From assembly GCF_009914755.1 (NCBI RefSeq), contig NC_060931.1: a stretch of DNA of 64,000 nt; one strand, 5' to 3'. Shown here piece after piece: positions 43,896-58,150 of the stretch; positions within the stretch are counted from its first letter, which is position 1, and each line of letters opens with the position of its first letter. Origin of the DNA: the human T2T-CHM13v2.0 reference genome, Homo sapiens. The notes below the pieces were generated by a model, which was not told where the DNA came from, made no database searches, and saw nothing but the letters and a program-made list of their open reading frames with translations. Made by a program: the position numbers and the translations under genes.

Positions 43896-45393
43896 GATCT
43901 CTCTGGGAAGCACTAGAGGGCCATTGGAAAAGAATGAATGAAAGTGTGAGTCCTTTTGTGCCTATCACTCTATCTAGATTTCTGTCCTCAAAGTGGAGTT
44001 CCTCATCAGCCTCTTTCCTCTTTAACTAGACTCCTCTCTTACTGGGAGAAATTAGAGCGAAGAAGGGGCTCTCTCTATTCTCTGTGTCCTCTGACTTCTA
44101 CCTGCCATTGTTTCAGCCCCGTTGAGCAACTCCCAGTTCTTCTGAGACGGGGTTTCTTGCTTGTCTAGAAAGCCATGTCAATGATCGAGATAGAGGGACA
44201 ATGAGATACCAAGACTACAAGGGAAAGTCTGGTCAAGGGAAGATATTCTTCAGAGAAAAAACGTGTCCTAAATCTGGCACTCCCACCAAAGAATTTAATC
44301 TGTGATGTCTGTTAACCCAAGGGGTACTCAAAGTTTTAGGTGAGACTAAATGGAGCCAATAACTTGATTTGAAAATTTTGGACTCTTAGTTATACATTGT
44401 GGTATCAACTTCAAGCTCTACAGTCCGTGTCTGATTCCAGCATAACTTGTTTCACTGGTGTCCTCCAATTCCTGTATCTCAAAGACTGGGCAGACCCAGG
44501 ACGGGTTCTTCTCTAGTTTAGGAGGGATGGTGTTCTCCAGCTCAATGATTTGTAGTAATACATTGTAGACATAAACAGGAGACATATGGTATGCTTTGCA
44601 TCTCACAGGGCCTTGGCAATTATGCTCTCAGTGATTGCCACAGATAGACATTTACTTATGGCATCAGCGATAATGGGTGTGAGCCTGCATACATAGGCTT
44701 CATGTTGGTTTACCAGTCATCTCTGTGCCAGGTGCTGTGTCATGCTGCCATGATGCTCAGAGACCTACTGTATAAAAAGAGCTCCTTCAACCCCTTCCAA
44801 GTTGTTCATGTCTAGTAAAGACACTGAGACAGTAGTGGACCTGGCCTATGCCATTTTGTTGATAAAAAGTACAAATATCAGGGTGAGATTTCTCCTTTTT
44901 GGTGAAGGGTTAGCAGATAAATACTATAGGTAAACTTGTATCATGTCATCACATAAAAATGTTTTATTAAGTTTCTATTTAGCAATCAGCAAGAGGATGT
45001 GAATCTCTGAGAAACTTAGGGTTGTATCCTTTAGAGAAAACTAAAGAAAGAGTTTTTGTCTTTTAAGGGTATTTTGAATAATGAAAAATCCTTTGTTGTT
45101 GATCATATCTGCAAAACAAAATAAAACAAAAACAAAAATACACCAGCAAGTAAGACAGTGAGAAAAAAATATCAGTAAGGCAGAAAATGGATATGTTCCA
45201 GTGAAAAAATATATTTTAAATGGTTAGAAGATAAAGAAACATCTTTCAAATACAATTGGATGGGGGGATAATAGTTGAAGAATAAATCAAGAAGTTATGT
45301 GACCTAAACTCCCAGCAAAATCAATGTGAAAATTTACTTGGAACACATTAATGATGTCAGAAATATCAAATAATATAGATATAGGAAAGAATC

Positions 45394-45880
45394 TGTATTT
45401 GTTAGAGTAGAACAGGAAAGCTGCAATAACAGATTAATCACCAAAATTTAGTATTTGAAGTCACATGAAGTTTTATGATTTTCCTACCATCCTCCAGGAG
45501 AATGTTCCTGTGGTCAGAGATGCTGTCCTCTACTTGGGCATTAGGAACACAGGATACTTTCGTCCTGTGGTTCCAACACTCCCTAGGTTTCCTTCTCATT
45601 TTCACCAGTAAAAAGGTCTGCGTGTTCAGTACAGATGCAGCCATCCACTTTTTAAAACTATTTTTGATCTGTGGTTGGTTGAGTCCATGCATGCAGAACC
45701 TGTGCATATATAAGCCAACTCTAGGTACTGGGGAGTTTTAAGAATGGAGGGAGAAATCCTGAAAACACAGGGTCTTATAGAACCGAGATTAATGTTCTTG
45801 CTTGGGAAGCCACGGCCACTTTCATTCTCATGATGCCTAAGAACTAAGAACTATTGCTGACCGAAGATGCAAGCTGATAA
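45394..45880 (-). mobile_element. Old MaLR LTR (MLT1K/L/M-like) interrupted by MER2
   Basis: 'tgtatttgttagagtag..gctgcaataaca..caaaatttag' and 'cattaggaacacagg..ttcgtcctgtggttcc'. Confidence 0.55.
45610..45722. mobile_element. MER2 (Tigger-derived) DNA transposon fragment
   Basis: 'tgttcagtacagatgcagccatcc..tttttgatctgtggttggttgagtccatgcatgcagaacc' matches the MER2 terminal region. Confidence 0.8.
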
Positions 45881-48173
45881 CTTTGGGTAGGTATCATGTC
45901 AGACAAAAAAGCAGCAATGTTTCATTACACAACCCAAGAAATCAAGATTTCAAATCCTTCCAGAAAGAGCCCATACATTGGTTTCAACATGTTTCCTTTG
46001 GTTTACCTATAGAAATTGTCAGAGTTCTTAACCCCCTTCCCCTATTGGTGATGTGATGACGTTTTTGTCTTAATCTATGGGAAACCTTTCTCATGGACAG
46101 GCCTTCACTAGGTTCTAGGGGTCATTGGAGGTCCTAAGTGCAATATCTTTCCCTGATCTGGGTCCTGCTACAGCTACACTGATAAATCCAAAAATGCTTT
46201 CTTCAGTAACAGGTAGCCCAGGGCAAACCTCTAACCTTATCCATGACATGTCAGGGTGTTTCACCAACAGGAAGGCATGCCTCTTCTCTGAATCTATTGA
46301 AACCCCTTCTCAAGTGTGTGAACTTTATGGATTTTCTTTCCTTCTTTGATATCTGATGGGCCTACTGCTTAAGATAACTTATTTTGGCTTTTGCCTGGAA
46401 TAAGAAACATTCCTTCTGGCATTGTGCATGTACACATGGACTTAGTTCTGAGAATCATGGCTTATAAAAGTCAGTAATTATACAATCACAAAACTATTGC
46501 TTTCTACTGAATTGCCTGCTTGTTTTAATTTAGTTCTAAAGCTCATATAAATGGTAAATAATTAAAATTAAGACCAATAGAAAAAGATAACCTATGTATT
46601 CCATATTTCTATCCAAAATTTTATTTTCATTGTCATATTGTTTTAAAGGTCCAGTTGTACTCTTTTGAATGTTTTGGTTTTCCTATATTGATCTTTGAGA
46701 ACAGTTGAGTTCATTAAAATAATTTTAAGTGAAAATAGTCAACCAGTTCAACATTCTTGAATAAATAATATTGTTATATGTGAAAATGTCTGTTTCTTTT
46801 CAGAATTTGGTTGTAAGACTGTCTAAGAATAGAGCAACCATACTACAAAAAAGGAGTTAAATTGCTATGAATGTGTGTCTGTGCATTTTTTTCATTTTTT
46901 TCTTTCTTTCTTTTTTTTTTTTTTTTTGGAGTCATACAAGATAATTTCCAGTGCATTTGATGCAGGTTGTTCTAGTTTTAAATCCATGGTAAAGGGTAAA
47001 TTATAGCTTTAAGGATTTTCATTGTTAGCTAAGACAGTGCATCTGATAATTGTCAGATAAACACCAAAAGCAAATCGATGTCAGCTGTGAGGGAGATCTG
47101 TGGTCACATTCTGCACGGTTTTGTCTTGCAGAAAGATTTTATCACTGGCACAGTTGAAGCTAGGAGCATGAGGATACAGCAAATGCAGTAAATGGCAGAA
47201 TCACAAAGATAAGAGTTCTTTAGTGAATATTGTTCCAGACCAATCTAACTTCAACAGAGATCTCAGACACTTTAACTTTAAAAACGGCTTTCAATCAGAG
47301 ATTCTTTGAACCAAAATTTAAGAAGATGAAACTTTTATTTCTGTTTAATTTTAAAGAGATTCTTATCCTCTGTGCAACTAATATTCTTCCAAGTGAATGT
47401 GTTTGTTATTAACAGATTGGTCTCATTGTCTAATTCATTGATGTATGGATCATTGTATAATACATTTTAAAATCAATAAGCTCTAAAGTTCAAATTCTTC
47501 ACTTACTGATGTGTGCAAGTGCTTTAATACAAAAATAACTTCAGTAGTCTTCTTGTCATCGTTATTCCAAAAGGAAACCTAAAAGCCTATCATTTAAAAC
47601 CATCTGCAGCACTGGGTAAATATCACTCTCACAACACGATCTACAGCCGCAAAGATCCTTTGTGTAAAACCATTCAGTGGCCTTTTATTGTTTCCACAAA
47701 AAATGCAAAAAGTAACAATTTCTCTTCCAATTAACTCCACTGCCAAATGTTGTGAATGTTGGAAGAGACAAAGAAAAGTTTACTGGGTAGTAATTAGTTA
47801 TTTGGGTAGTAATCAATCTACCAGTTGCTACATAAAGGGTAACAAGTTAATAAATCAGGCTGAGTACGTGGAGTTTACCAATTTATGCATAGTTTTAGAG
47901 ATAGCTGTAAAAACAGAATCTATTTGGAACTTTTTAATAACATTTACATGCAGAGTTATCCATGGTTGGTGTTTTCCAGAAATGTTAAAGTAAAAGGAAA
48001 TGCTCACCTATTTCTAGATAGTCAGATTATAGGAATATAGTCAGTTATCCAAACTGTAAATGTGTCAACTCCTTAACTCTCTGGAAACCCAATAAACTTG
48101 ATGAAGATAGAAATGGGCTTGGTGAGCAGGTTCAAAAGATTTCAGTTTTTATGTTTCTTTGAAAATTGATGCT

Positions 48174-48318
48174 TAAACTCTCTGGGCCTCATTTTCTAAG
48201 TGGGGTTCTAACTTAGAGTTAGAGAGGGTTAATCAGGGTTCTAACTAAACTCTCTGGGCCTCATTTTCTAAGTGGGGTTCTAACTTAGAGTTAGAGAGGG
48301 TTAATCAGGGTTCTAACT
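48174..48318. repeat. Perfect 72-bp tandem duplication (2 copies)
   Basis: 48174-48245 is identical to 48246-48317. Confidence 0.97.
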
Positions 48319-48739
48319 TACTGTTTGGTGTTTAAATTTTGTAGCTTCAACTAGGGTTAATTCAAAATGAAAGTAAATATGACTTTGATTTTCATTGGGA
48401 TGAAATAACTAAGCCATTTTGAATGTGATTGGGTTACTTATGTTTACAATGTTAATTTAATTTTAGTATTGGTTGTAGATTATGGTTAAAGTTGAGGCCT
48501 GCTGGACACATCATTCAGGAGTTCTGGAAAAGACAGAGAAAAAAGATGACCCAATGGTGGAGAAATACACACAAGGGAAAATCATGGGCTAGCCTAGGAG
48601 ATAGAAAATATTGGCAGAGACTGGAAGCCATGAGAGAGTTAGCTGCCAACGCATGGTGGGTAGAGCAGCACGCAGTAGGACAGGAAGGACGGGGGTGCAG
48701 TCATAGAAGTGGTGTGCGTCCCCACTCTCTGGGATGCCT

Positions 48740-49140
48740 CATAGCTGGCCTAACTCATCTTCTTCCATGGTCTGCCAACTTTTACCCAGCCCTCACTGCT
48801 GCTATTTGTCTAAAATCCATGGTCACATGATTAATCACAGCTTTCCTATTCTCCTTTTTCAAAAACTCATCCACCCATTCCCATTAGTCTGATGGACACA
48901 ATATCAACTCTCCAGTCTGTGCTTGCCTCTGTTCACCTTGTCCACTCCTCAGTGCTCTGCCATGTGCCTTCTTGCTTCCAGGATGGAAGCTGCTCCCTAT
49001 CCGTGTTGTGCTGTCTTCTGCCTTTCTGCCATCTCCCAGGCACTTCTCTCTAATGGCAATGCTGTCTTCTGCATCAATCAACATTTACTTGTCCTTCAAG
49101 CTCTCATTCAAATGTCACCTCCCCAAGAAATACATAGTTC
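48740..49140 (+). mobile_element. L2 relic
   Basis: Pyrimidine-rich sequence with the L2 motif 'tccttcaagctctcattcaaatgtcacctcc'. Confidence 0.6.
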
Positions 49141-50026
49141 CTACCCATTTTATTTTGTTCCTTTTTCCTCTGTGTTCCCAGGGTACATTTTAGATTCCAC
49201 TTCATTAGCAGGTATTGTGATGGAGCCATTTATGTGCTAGACCATAATAAATATCTGCAGTATCTCTTACATTGTTTTATTATATTTTTAGATATAGCAT
49301 TTTGAAAAAGAGTAAAAGGTAAATAATTTAAAGTTTGTTGTCCAATTCAAGTGTAGGTATATATGTGTGTGTATATATATTTACATGTATGTCTATGTAG
49401 CCATCATATGTGTGAATGCAAATTTCTTGAATGCTGTCACTGTATTGTACAGAAAAGGCCATGTGGTTTTCTGTTGACAATATTAAAAATGCACCAAAAA
49501 TATTTCTGTACCAAGCAGACATTAGTGCTATTTAGGAAAGATAGTCTAATAAATGTTCCAACTATCTTTTACTCTATCTCCTAAATTTTATCCTTTGATT
49601 ATGTTAGACTATTGGAAAGTCATAACCGTGGACCACGTAATCTTAGCCCCCATTGAAGCACCTTTACTGAGTTACACTTTAATGATATGCCTTTAAGTTT
49701 CATCTAGAATCGTTCAAAAAGTGGTCCAGAAAAATTGGCTTCTATGTGATTTCTAAATAATATCATGAAGGACATTTTATTAGTACCTTCTGTGCAAATT
49801 TTCATATCAGACAATTCTAGCAGTATCAGAAAGACTTCTCTGCTTCTGATGAACTAATGTGTTACTTTGTAGCTGAAGTGTGAACAATGTCAATTGTCAG
49901 GTTTTTCTTCTGCTGAAACAAAAGTAAAAGTCAAATCTGCAGTAAATTATGACAATCCTGTTAACCCTCAGAAATACAATATTTTCTTTTTTTCCCTCCA
50001 TCATAAATCTGCATACATGCTCATAT

Positions 50027-50431
50027 TGTTGAAAGAAAAACTTTATACAAATTCAATGTAACAGAGTTCAACTGAACAAAGAACAGTCTGCAGATGGAGC
50101 AGCCTCCCCACTCAGTCGGAATAGCTTAGAAATTACTCTGATACTGCCATGTGTTCAGAGACAATGTATGGCCAGGAAAAGGAAAATGACATAAGAAAAT
50201 GAAAAGGAGGTACAGAAACAGCCAGATTGGTTACAGCTCGATGTTTCCCTTATTTTAACATAGTTTGAACAACTGATTTTTCATGATTAGACAAAATTCT
50301 GTGATTGACACAACAGTAGGTTCCAGTTTGTTTACACATCCAGTTAGGTTACAGTCTACTATGTAAGAAGAAACCTATAGGTCAACCTTAAAATCTGTAG
50401 GGGGCAGCTTTAGGCCAAACTTACTTTAACG
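50027..50431 (-). mobile_element. MER57-like ERV1 solo LTR
   Basis: Termini 'tgttgaaagaaaaa' and 'gcagctttaggccaaacttactttaac'; 4-bp TSD ATAT at 50023-50026 and 50432-50435. Confidence 0.85.
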
Positions 50432-50541
50432 ATATTTAAGATATTGTTGTATAACTTCTCAAAATAATATTTAAAACTTGGTTTATAATAATTTTCACGA
50501 TTTAAATTCTTCAAAAGAAACTACAGTCAACTTCTTCAAAC

Positions 50542-50680
50542 TTTTTTTTATAATTATTATACTTTAAGTTCTAGGGTACATGTGCACAATGTGCAGGTTT
50601 GTTACATATGTATACATGTGCCATGTTGGTGTGCTGCACCCATTAACTCGTCATTTACATTAGATATTTCTCCTAATGCT
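50542..50680 (-). mobile_element. Short L1PA4/5-like 3' end
   Basis: 'attatactttaagttctagggtacatgtgcacaatgtgcagg..ctcctaatgct'. Confidence 0.93.
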
Positions 50681-50957
50681 TAAAAGTAGACCTATTACCT
50701 ATAAGGCATTTAACCAGAAACATAACATGGCAAAAATGGATTATCTTGTGAGGCTTGAAGCAGACACCCTTGGAAATCAAGGAGGAGTCATGAGAGGTCT
50801 CAGCTTTGCAATCTGATTCCTTTTCAGGGATCTGAGGAAGAGGAAGGATAATAACATATTAGGTCAAGAAGCTCACCAGGCTCCAGCTTTCTAATTAAAA
50901 TGAGGGCGGAGGGATGAAGAGATAAGAAGAAGAGGTTGTAACTCTAGATCTCCCTGA

Positions 50958-51324
<367 letters not shown>

Positions 51325-51365
51325 AGCCTTTATTTTAAATAGATACAGAATTCAAGCCTTGATAT

Positions 51366-52145
51366 TGTGCTAGAATAGGAAAGAGATATTTGTTTCTTTA
51401 TCCCCATTTTCAGGTTACAAACCTCTTAAAACCCTTGTAGTTTCCTGAGCAATGAGGGTAGTAGGAGCATTTTTTGTTCTAATATTGTGTCTTTGACCCT
51501 GGTTCCTGACACAGAACCTTGTAATTTCCTGGGTGATAGGAATGTCTTTTAAAATTTTTTTAATAAGACAACTCTTGGTGGGCTCCTTGGGACCTTGGAA
51601 TCCTTGGAATTTCTTCAGTGACAGGAGTGTCTTTTCTTTTAGTGAGACAACTCTTGTTGGGCTCCTGGGTGGAGGCTGGTCCTCAGAAAGACCAGACCAT
51701 GATTAGAAGCTTGGAGCTTTCAACTCTAACCCCCATCCTCTAGCAAGAGAAGAGGGCTGGAAATGGAGTTAATAATAATTAATTGTGCCAACATAAGTAA
51801 GCCTCCACAAAAACTACTGAACTTTGGGGTTGGAGAGTTTCTTGGTAGGTGAATACATCCATCTGCCAAGAGGGTGTCGCACCCTCACTCAATGGGGACT
51901 GCAGAGGACACTTCCAGACCTTGTCCTAAGTACCTCTTTATCTATTCCAGGACACCCAGCTGATGTTGCAGACTTGGTTGTTGTAGAAACACACACATTC
52001 TGGCAATCAGAAATGTTCTGTACTGAGTGAGACTAGTAGGAGAGTATAGTTTTGTGTTTTCCTACTATACAGTTTGGTGTCAGTAGTGAAATATTGAGTG
52101 GTATGAGTGGTGGGAAGGAAAAACAGAGCTGATTTTTCCTATTAC
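51366..52145 (+). mobile_element. MER21A/B-like LTR with an internal deletion
   Basis: Internal repeats 'gacaactcttg(g/t)tgggctcct'; 'agaaagaccagaccatgattagaagcttggagctttca'; 'aggacacccagctg'. Confidence 0.85.
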
Positions 52146-53389
52146 TGTCTGAAGCCTAAAGATTCAAACTCAATACTAATTGAAACTTGGGAAGTGCTGT
52201 GTAGGAAAAAAATTGATTTATAGCTTGACAGAAAAGTCTAACTTTATCTCTGGAGACAGCTGGGTGTCTTGTTTGACACTTACCATGCTAAGGGTAGTGG
52301 GATCCGTGATATACTATTTAAAGTCCAAAATTCCCCTGGAAGTCCTTAAGGCCAGTTTGCTTTTGGGTGTTGTTTTCCTCTGCATAACCAGTGAGCCTGC
52401 CTCACTTGACTCTTTGAACAGAGGGGCACTAAACCTCACTGGAAGTTGTGCCTTGACCTCTTCAGGAGACTAAATTCCTTTCACAAATCTTGGTGGCTTG
52501 ACCCAGGGACACAGGGCTCTTATTTAAAGGCAGGGGCTCCTGGGCAGCATCCAGGGCTCTTACTCAAGAGCCTTTTGTGACATGCTCAGTGGAGTCTGGT
52601 AAGTCCTTGCAAGTATCCCAACCCGTGATGCTCACAGGTGCCAGGCTGCCTCAGACAACATTGGTTTGTTGGTGGGAGGCAGCGAGAAGCCCAGCTGTGA
52701 GGAGTTGAGGAAAACAGAGGTAGTCAAATGAGATACAGTGGAGTTTATGAGTCACAAAAATGTTCATGCATATTCATATAATCATGGCATTGAAATTCTT
52801 TCCCAAATAAATGATAGAAATGAGGGAAACAACTCTATGCATGTAACAGGATGTGAACAATAGAACGTTGTGTCTTTAAGCTGTGCTGGAGTTAAGAAAA
52901 CAGAACTGACCAAAGTTGGCAAGTGTTCTAATTTCCCACTGACATGCTGTACCAGCTACGCATGATTTAGAAAAAATGTGGAGAACACATGGCCCTGGAC
53001 TCAACAGTTACCTTGAAGATTATTGGAAAATGGAGAGGATTTCTTAGGAGAAGGATTGCTGGTGTGCAGTTAGTTCCAGCCTCCCTTACAATGGGTAGGT
53101 GGGAATGCAGAATATATACTTTCTCTCTTCTGAAGCTCAGTGTTGGGGGCTTCCAGGATACTGGGAATCTTGGAAGGTTTGCTCTGTGTTTGGCAGACAC
53201 TGGCAGGTATCTGAAAAAAAAAAAAAAATTCCAGGGAGAGATAGATTGAGGCCACCCATGGTGGCCGACATGGGTTGAATATGGGAACTATACTTCTACC
53301 AACAGTGTTTTCTTACCTGGAGGGTATTAGTGTTGCCATGCAAAAAGTAGGCAGCTAAATATGAACTTCCCATGCAATATTCGGGTATG

Positions 53390-53884
53390 TGCTAAAGAAA
53401 AAGATATTCTGACCCTTGTTAAAATGATGAAGCAGAATTTACTCAGAACTTTTATGATGGGCATAGGGACTGCTGCAATGGGATTTCCATGGTGAGAGAC
53501 TGGACTCAACTCAGAGTACAGCAAGGAAAGGCAGAGATGTTATAGCCAAAGAGCAGGCTGAGGGGAAGGGGATGGAAAAAACTGAAAGGAAGCTTTAGGA
53601 GTAAGTGGGGGATTCTGGCTAAACTGACCTAACAGGCTTCTTGCTGATGGCAGGCCTGGGTGATCTGATATCACCTGTGGAATGGTGGAGGATGCGGAAC
53701 CTGATCAATATCAAGGGTGATCAGAACTTTGAGGGTGGGAGATTCTCACTGAATCAACTTGGCAGGATTTTTGCTAAAACTGGGCAATGCAAAGACAGAC
53801 GCACATGTGGAACCCCACAAGCTGAGACCTCCTTGGTGAGAGGATTCAGAAGAGACTCACTAAAGTTCAGTCAACCCTTTGTCA
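53390..53884 (-). mobile_element. MER31-like ERV1 solo LTR
   Basis: Termini 'tgctaaagaaaaagatattctgac' and 'ctaaagttcagtcaaccctttgtca'; internal 'ggattctggctaaactgacctaacagg'. Confidence 0.8.
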
Positions 53885-54584
53885 CATCCTTACACTAAAG
53901 ACAATTCACTCTTAATTGGAAATTCCCATTTATCTGGGCAGCCTATTTTTATTTGCTAAATCTCAGAAGCAGTAGGGCCCAAGAAGGATTTCTACAGGGG
54001 CCAGGAGATGGTGTCATCCCAGAGGCTGGAAGGGGAAGGTCAGTGGTGGCCCTGAAAATGGGGCCATGGGCTGAACTGCAGCTGGAGGACACATGAGGGA
54101 CCTCCAGAGATGCCTGGAAAGGGCTCATGTGCTAAAGGGCCTCCAACATCCTGCAAGGCCGTAAGAAACTCGAGAATTACAACTCACCCTGTGAAGGCAC
54201 ACCTGAGCTGGGTCCTTCTCCTTTCCCTCTTTCATCATGGAGGATCTAGAGTGGTCAATGGGTGGGGAAGGAGGATTAGAGCACAAGTTGGGGGAGAAAG
54301 AGAAAGCCAACGATGTTCTTGCCCCTGTCCTTTCGCCTCCCCCAGCTTCCAGGTTAAACCTGACCCAGGGAGGGGAGGTAGGAAGTTGTGGTATCCGGAG
54401 AGGTGTCCCAGTGGAAACAAGAGCCTCTGCAGAAAAGACACTCTGTGATCACATTGTACCACAAAATGTACACTTGCCATAATGTCCCTACAATAGAGAA
54501 AACTCACTAAACAGAGTAGAATAGTTAGATTAATTATGTTGCAAAAAAATTTCACACAATATTATGAAGTCATTAGAAGGTCAC

Positions 54585-54720
54585 GCATTGATTCATTCCC
54601 CAGGGATTTATTCAACTTCCCCCCCACCCGCCCCCACCCGCCCCGCCCGCCACAGGCAAGCACCCAGGCACTATGCCAGTGCTGGGGTTAAAGTGATGAG
54701 CATAAACAAAGAGGGTTATG
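54585..54720 (-). mobile_element. L2 3' end containing a C-rich tract
   Basis: 'ttgattcattc..atttattcaac..ccaggcactatgccagtgctgggg'. Confidence 0.6.
54619..54651 (-). other. G-quadruplex-forming tract (G-rich on the - strand)
   Basis: C-runs of 7, 3, 5, 3, 4 and 3 separated by single bases. Confidence 0.85.
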
Positions 54721-56153
54721 AAGCAAACACAAATGACGACTGTGAAGTTTATATAGCAACATGGAAAACGAGGGCCGCGTGGAATTCACTTCATTAACAA
54801 GAGGCCCTGGTCAGGGACGCTGCTCTGGTTGTAACTGACAAACAATAACCAGCTATGTATAAGAACAAGAAACTCCTATTAAAAATTAGATTTAGTTTTT
54901 ATTTCATTTATTTTGTTTTTTTTTTCAGTTTATTTTTTCCTTGATAGAATTGGTAACTATCTGTGAATGCGTGTGCACATACTAATGCCATCTTGATTCA
55001 TTCAAAGGGAAACTGATGTGAATTATACTAGGAATCTTCTATAAGAGCTGCGCCTTGAAGCAGCACTTGAAGGACCAGAATAATTTTGATGGATAAGGAA
55101 ATGGGTCAAAATTGCCATAACTATTTTAATCAAATTATATGGAATACTCCTGTGCCCCCCCCAATAAAATTAATACATTTCCCCATGATACTGGATGGAA
55201 CAGACTGACTTTTTCAGGGTCTGGCTTTGGGATTCCTGTACCACAGGGCCAGGTTTTTCACTTGCATTAAGACTGTGATGGCCTCTGCCCAGGTTTCCAT
55301 AATCCAATTGCATTTTTTTACAAAGAAATAAAGCTTGAAAATAAACAAGTATCTGGGGTAGGTCCCTATAACACCACAGGAGTCAGAGGCCAAAGAAATG
55401 GAGCAAAAGATAAAATGGGAAATTAGGGGGAACATAGGCTACCACCACCCCGAGGACACTCATTATGATGCAGTTGTCTGCAGGAGCAATGTGTAATGTC
55501 TTCAGACTGGAAGAAGCTCGGGAAGGACCCAATTAGTGAGAGCCCTGAAGCCCGGACTTATCAGCAGCCTCCAGCAGACATTGTACTCCCTCCACCCATT
55601 CTCTACAAGTTTATCTTTTCTCAACATCCTACAGTAATAGTAAAGGGAGTTTTGTAGTTCCAACTATTTCTTAGGGGGAAATGAGAAAAGTGCAGCCAGG
55701 GAAAAGCTTCAAAATACTTTTGTTGCTAGGAAGAGTTAGTGCACATTCTTTTCTTTGTTTTTCTGAAACACAAGGGCTTACATTACTACAATTATGTGCA
55801 AATTAGCCCTAAGAGTTGGCGTGGTATTACTTTTTTTTTTTTAATGGCCTACAAAGACACTTTTTAAAAATATAGCAGCAGAAATTAGAATTACTTTTTA
55901 CCTTAGGGTTTGTACAATTTTTTGTTACGTGCATAAACTTATTACTATTCCTTAACCACCTTATGTAACTGGGAATAAGGAATGTTCCTTAAGAGAATTA
56001 GGGCATAAGCATGTCTGTGAAGTCAGGCTTGAATTCAAAACAACCCATGTTTTCTCCAGGTGAAGGAATTTTAACAAAATTATTTAACATATGAACCTTA
56101 CCTTACTCACCTTCAATCATCAAAGTTTCTGCCATAGTTCTTAGGAAGTATAG

Positions 56154-56501
<348 letters not shown>

Positions 56502-57856
56502 CACAAATAATAATTTTTTATTCCTTGCTGTATTCCTTTCTGCCACATATCAACAACTTGCCTATGGAATTCAGCAATTGTTCAATGGTTAAAGTATGTG
56601 TATACAGAAATTGTGAATTGGGCTCAGTCGTGCACTCTTACCTCCCTTGCTCTCTTCCTTCCTCCCTACTTCTCTTTCTGCCTTTCCTTTTCTGCTGAAC
56701 TCTATGTAAATTAGTGTTTGATTGCTGGATTTTAAAAATACCAAAAGAGAAGTTTTTTTAAAATCATTTCTTGAATCTAGCAGATTAATTCCTATAACTT
56801 TATATAAATATGTGGAGAGGCAGATGAGTGCTTACTTAAATATCTACTATTGTTGTAAAAGTTCCAGCACAATGAAAAAAAAAAAAAAAACCTCAGGTAA
56901 TATGATGTGGCTTATTTGAAATATTTTAAAAATGAGTAATGGTATGAAATCTACCAGTTATGTTTAAATATTTGCAAATACAATTTCTAGAAATAGACCA
57001 TCCCCAAATGTTATTGGAAATGCAGACAGAACACAATTCAAAACTCACAAAGTTTGAAGCAAACTAAGTGGATCTTGTAAACTTACCAGCAAATGGACAG
57101 AGGTTGAAAACGTGAAAGCCCTGGAAATTTCATTTATTGAATAATAAAGAAGTTAGTGAAATAATTTATAAGACATTTATTTTACCTACTCCTAATGGTC
57201 AAAGTAATAAAGGTCAAAGCTTGCAAAATGATTGATTCTGCTCCCCTTGACACAGCTGGTTGTGGAGTTATAGATCTCATCACAAATGAAAAATAACAAT
57301 TTTTTTATTACAAGTATAAGAAAGTCAATATGTCTCAATAAAAAATTGATAAATGCACTGATACTGTGAACTCCTTTAATCTTTTGTTTTCTGAATCAGT
57401 TATCAAAAATTTTAAAAAGCCAATAAAGATATTTAGTAGCAAGCAAATCACATACTTGAAGTAGAAAATTCTGAATTTTGTATTGACTTCACCATAAACA
57501 TAATATGTTTATGAACTGAATGTAAGACCACAATTCTCTGGGGACAGTTGTGGAGACACATACAAGTCTTTGCTAGTCTACGCATGTCTATTAATAAGAA
57601 GAAAGGCAAGACACTTTTTAACTGAGGTTGGTGTCAGCTTTATGAAAAGAAGCACCGTGTCTACAAACAGCTGGCTTATGTAGAGGTTTACTGCTTCCTT
57701 CATGGAAACATTCTCAATGGATACAAGTTGCAGATAAACTTGACTATGGGAGATGGTTTTTGCAAATTGGCAATTCCCAGCACATCTTGTTAGAATATTT
57801 GAATGACTTAAATTTGTTTTTATAAGACTATGTTACAGGAATAAAATAAATTCCGA

Positions 57857-58150
<294 letters not shown>

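Noticed and set aside
44418-44606. Protein-like minus-strand ORF (..IELENTIPPKLEKNPSW..)
   Set aside because: No convincing acceptor, no recognised homology, and it is short.
53250-53266. Hairpin GGCCACC-CAT-GGTGGCC
   Set aside because: A 7-bp stem is at chance level and has no supporting context.
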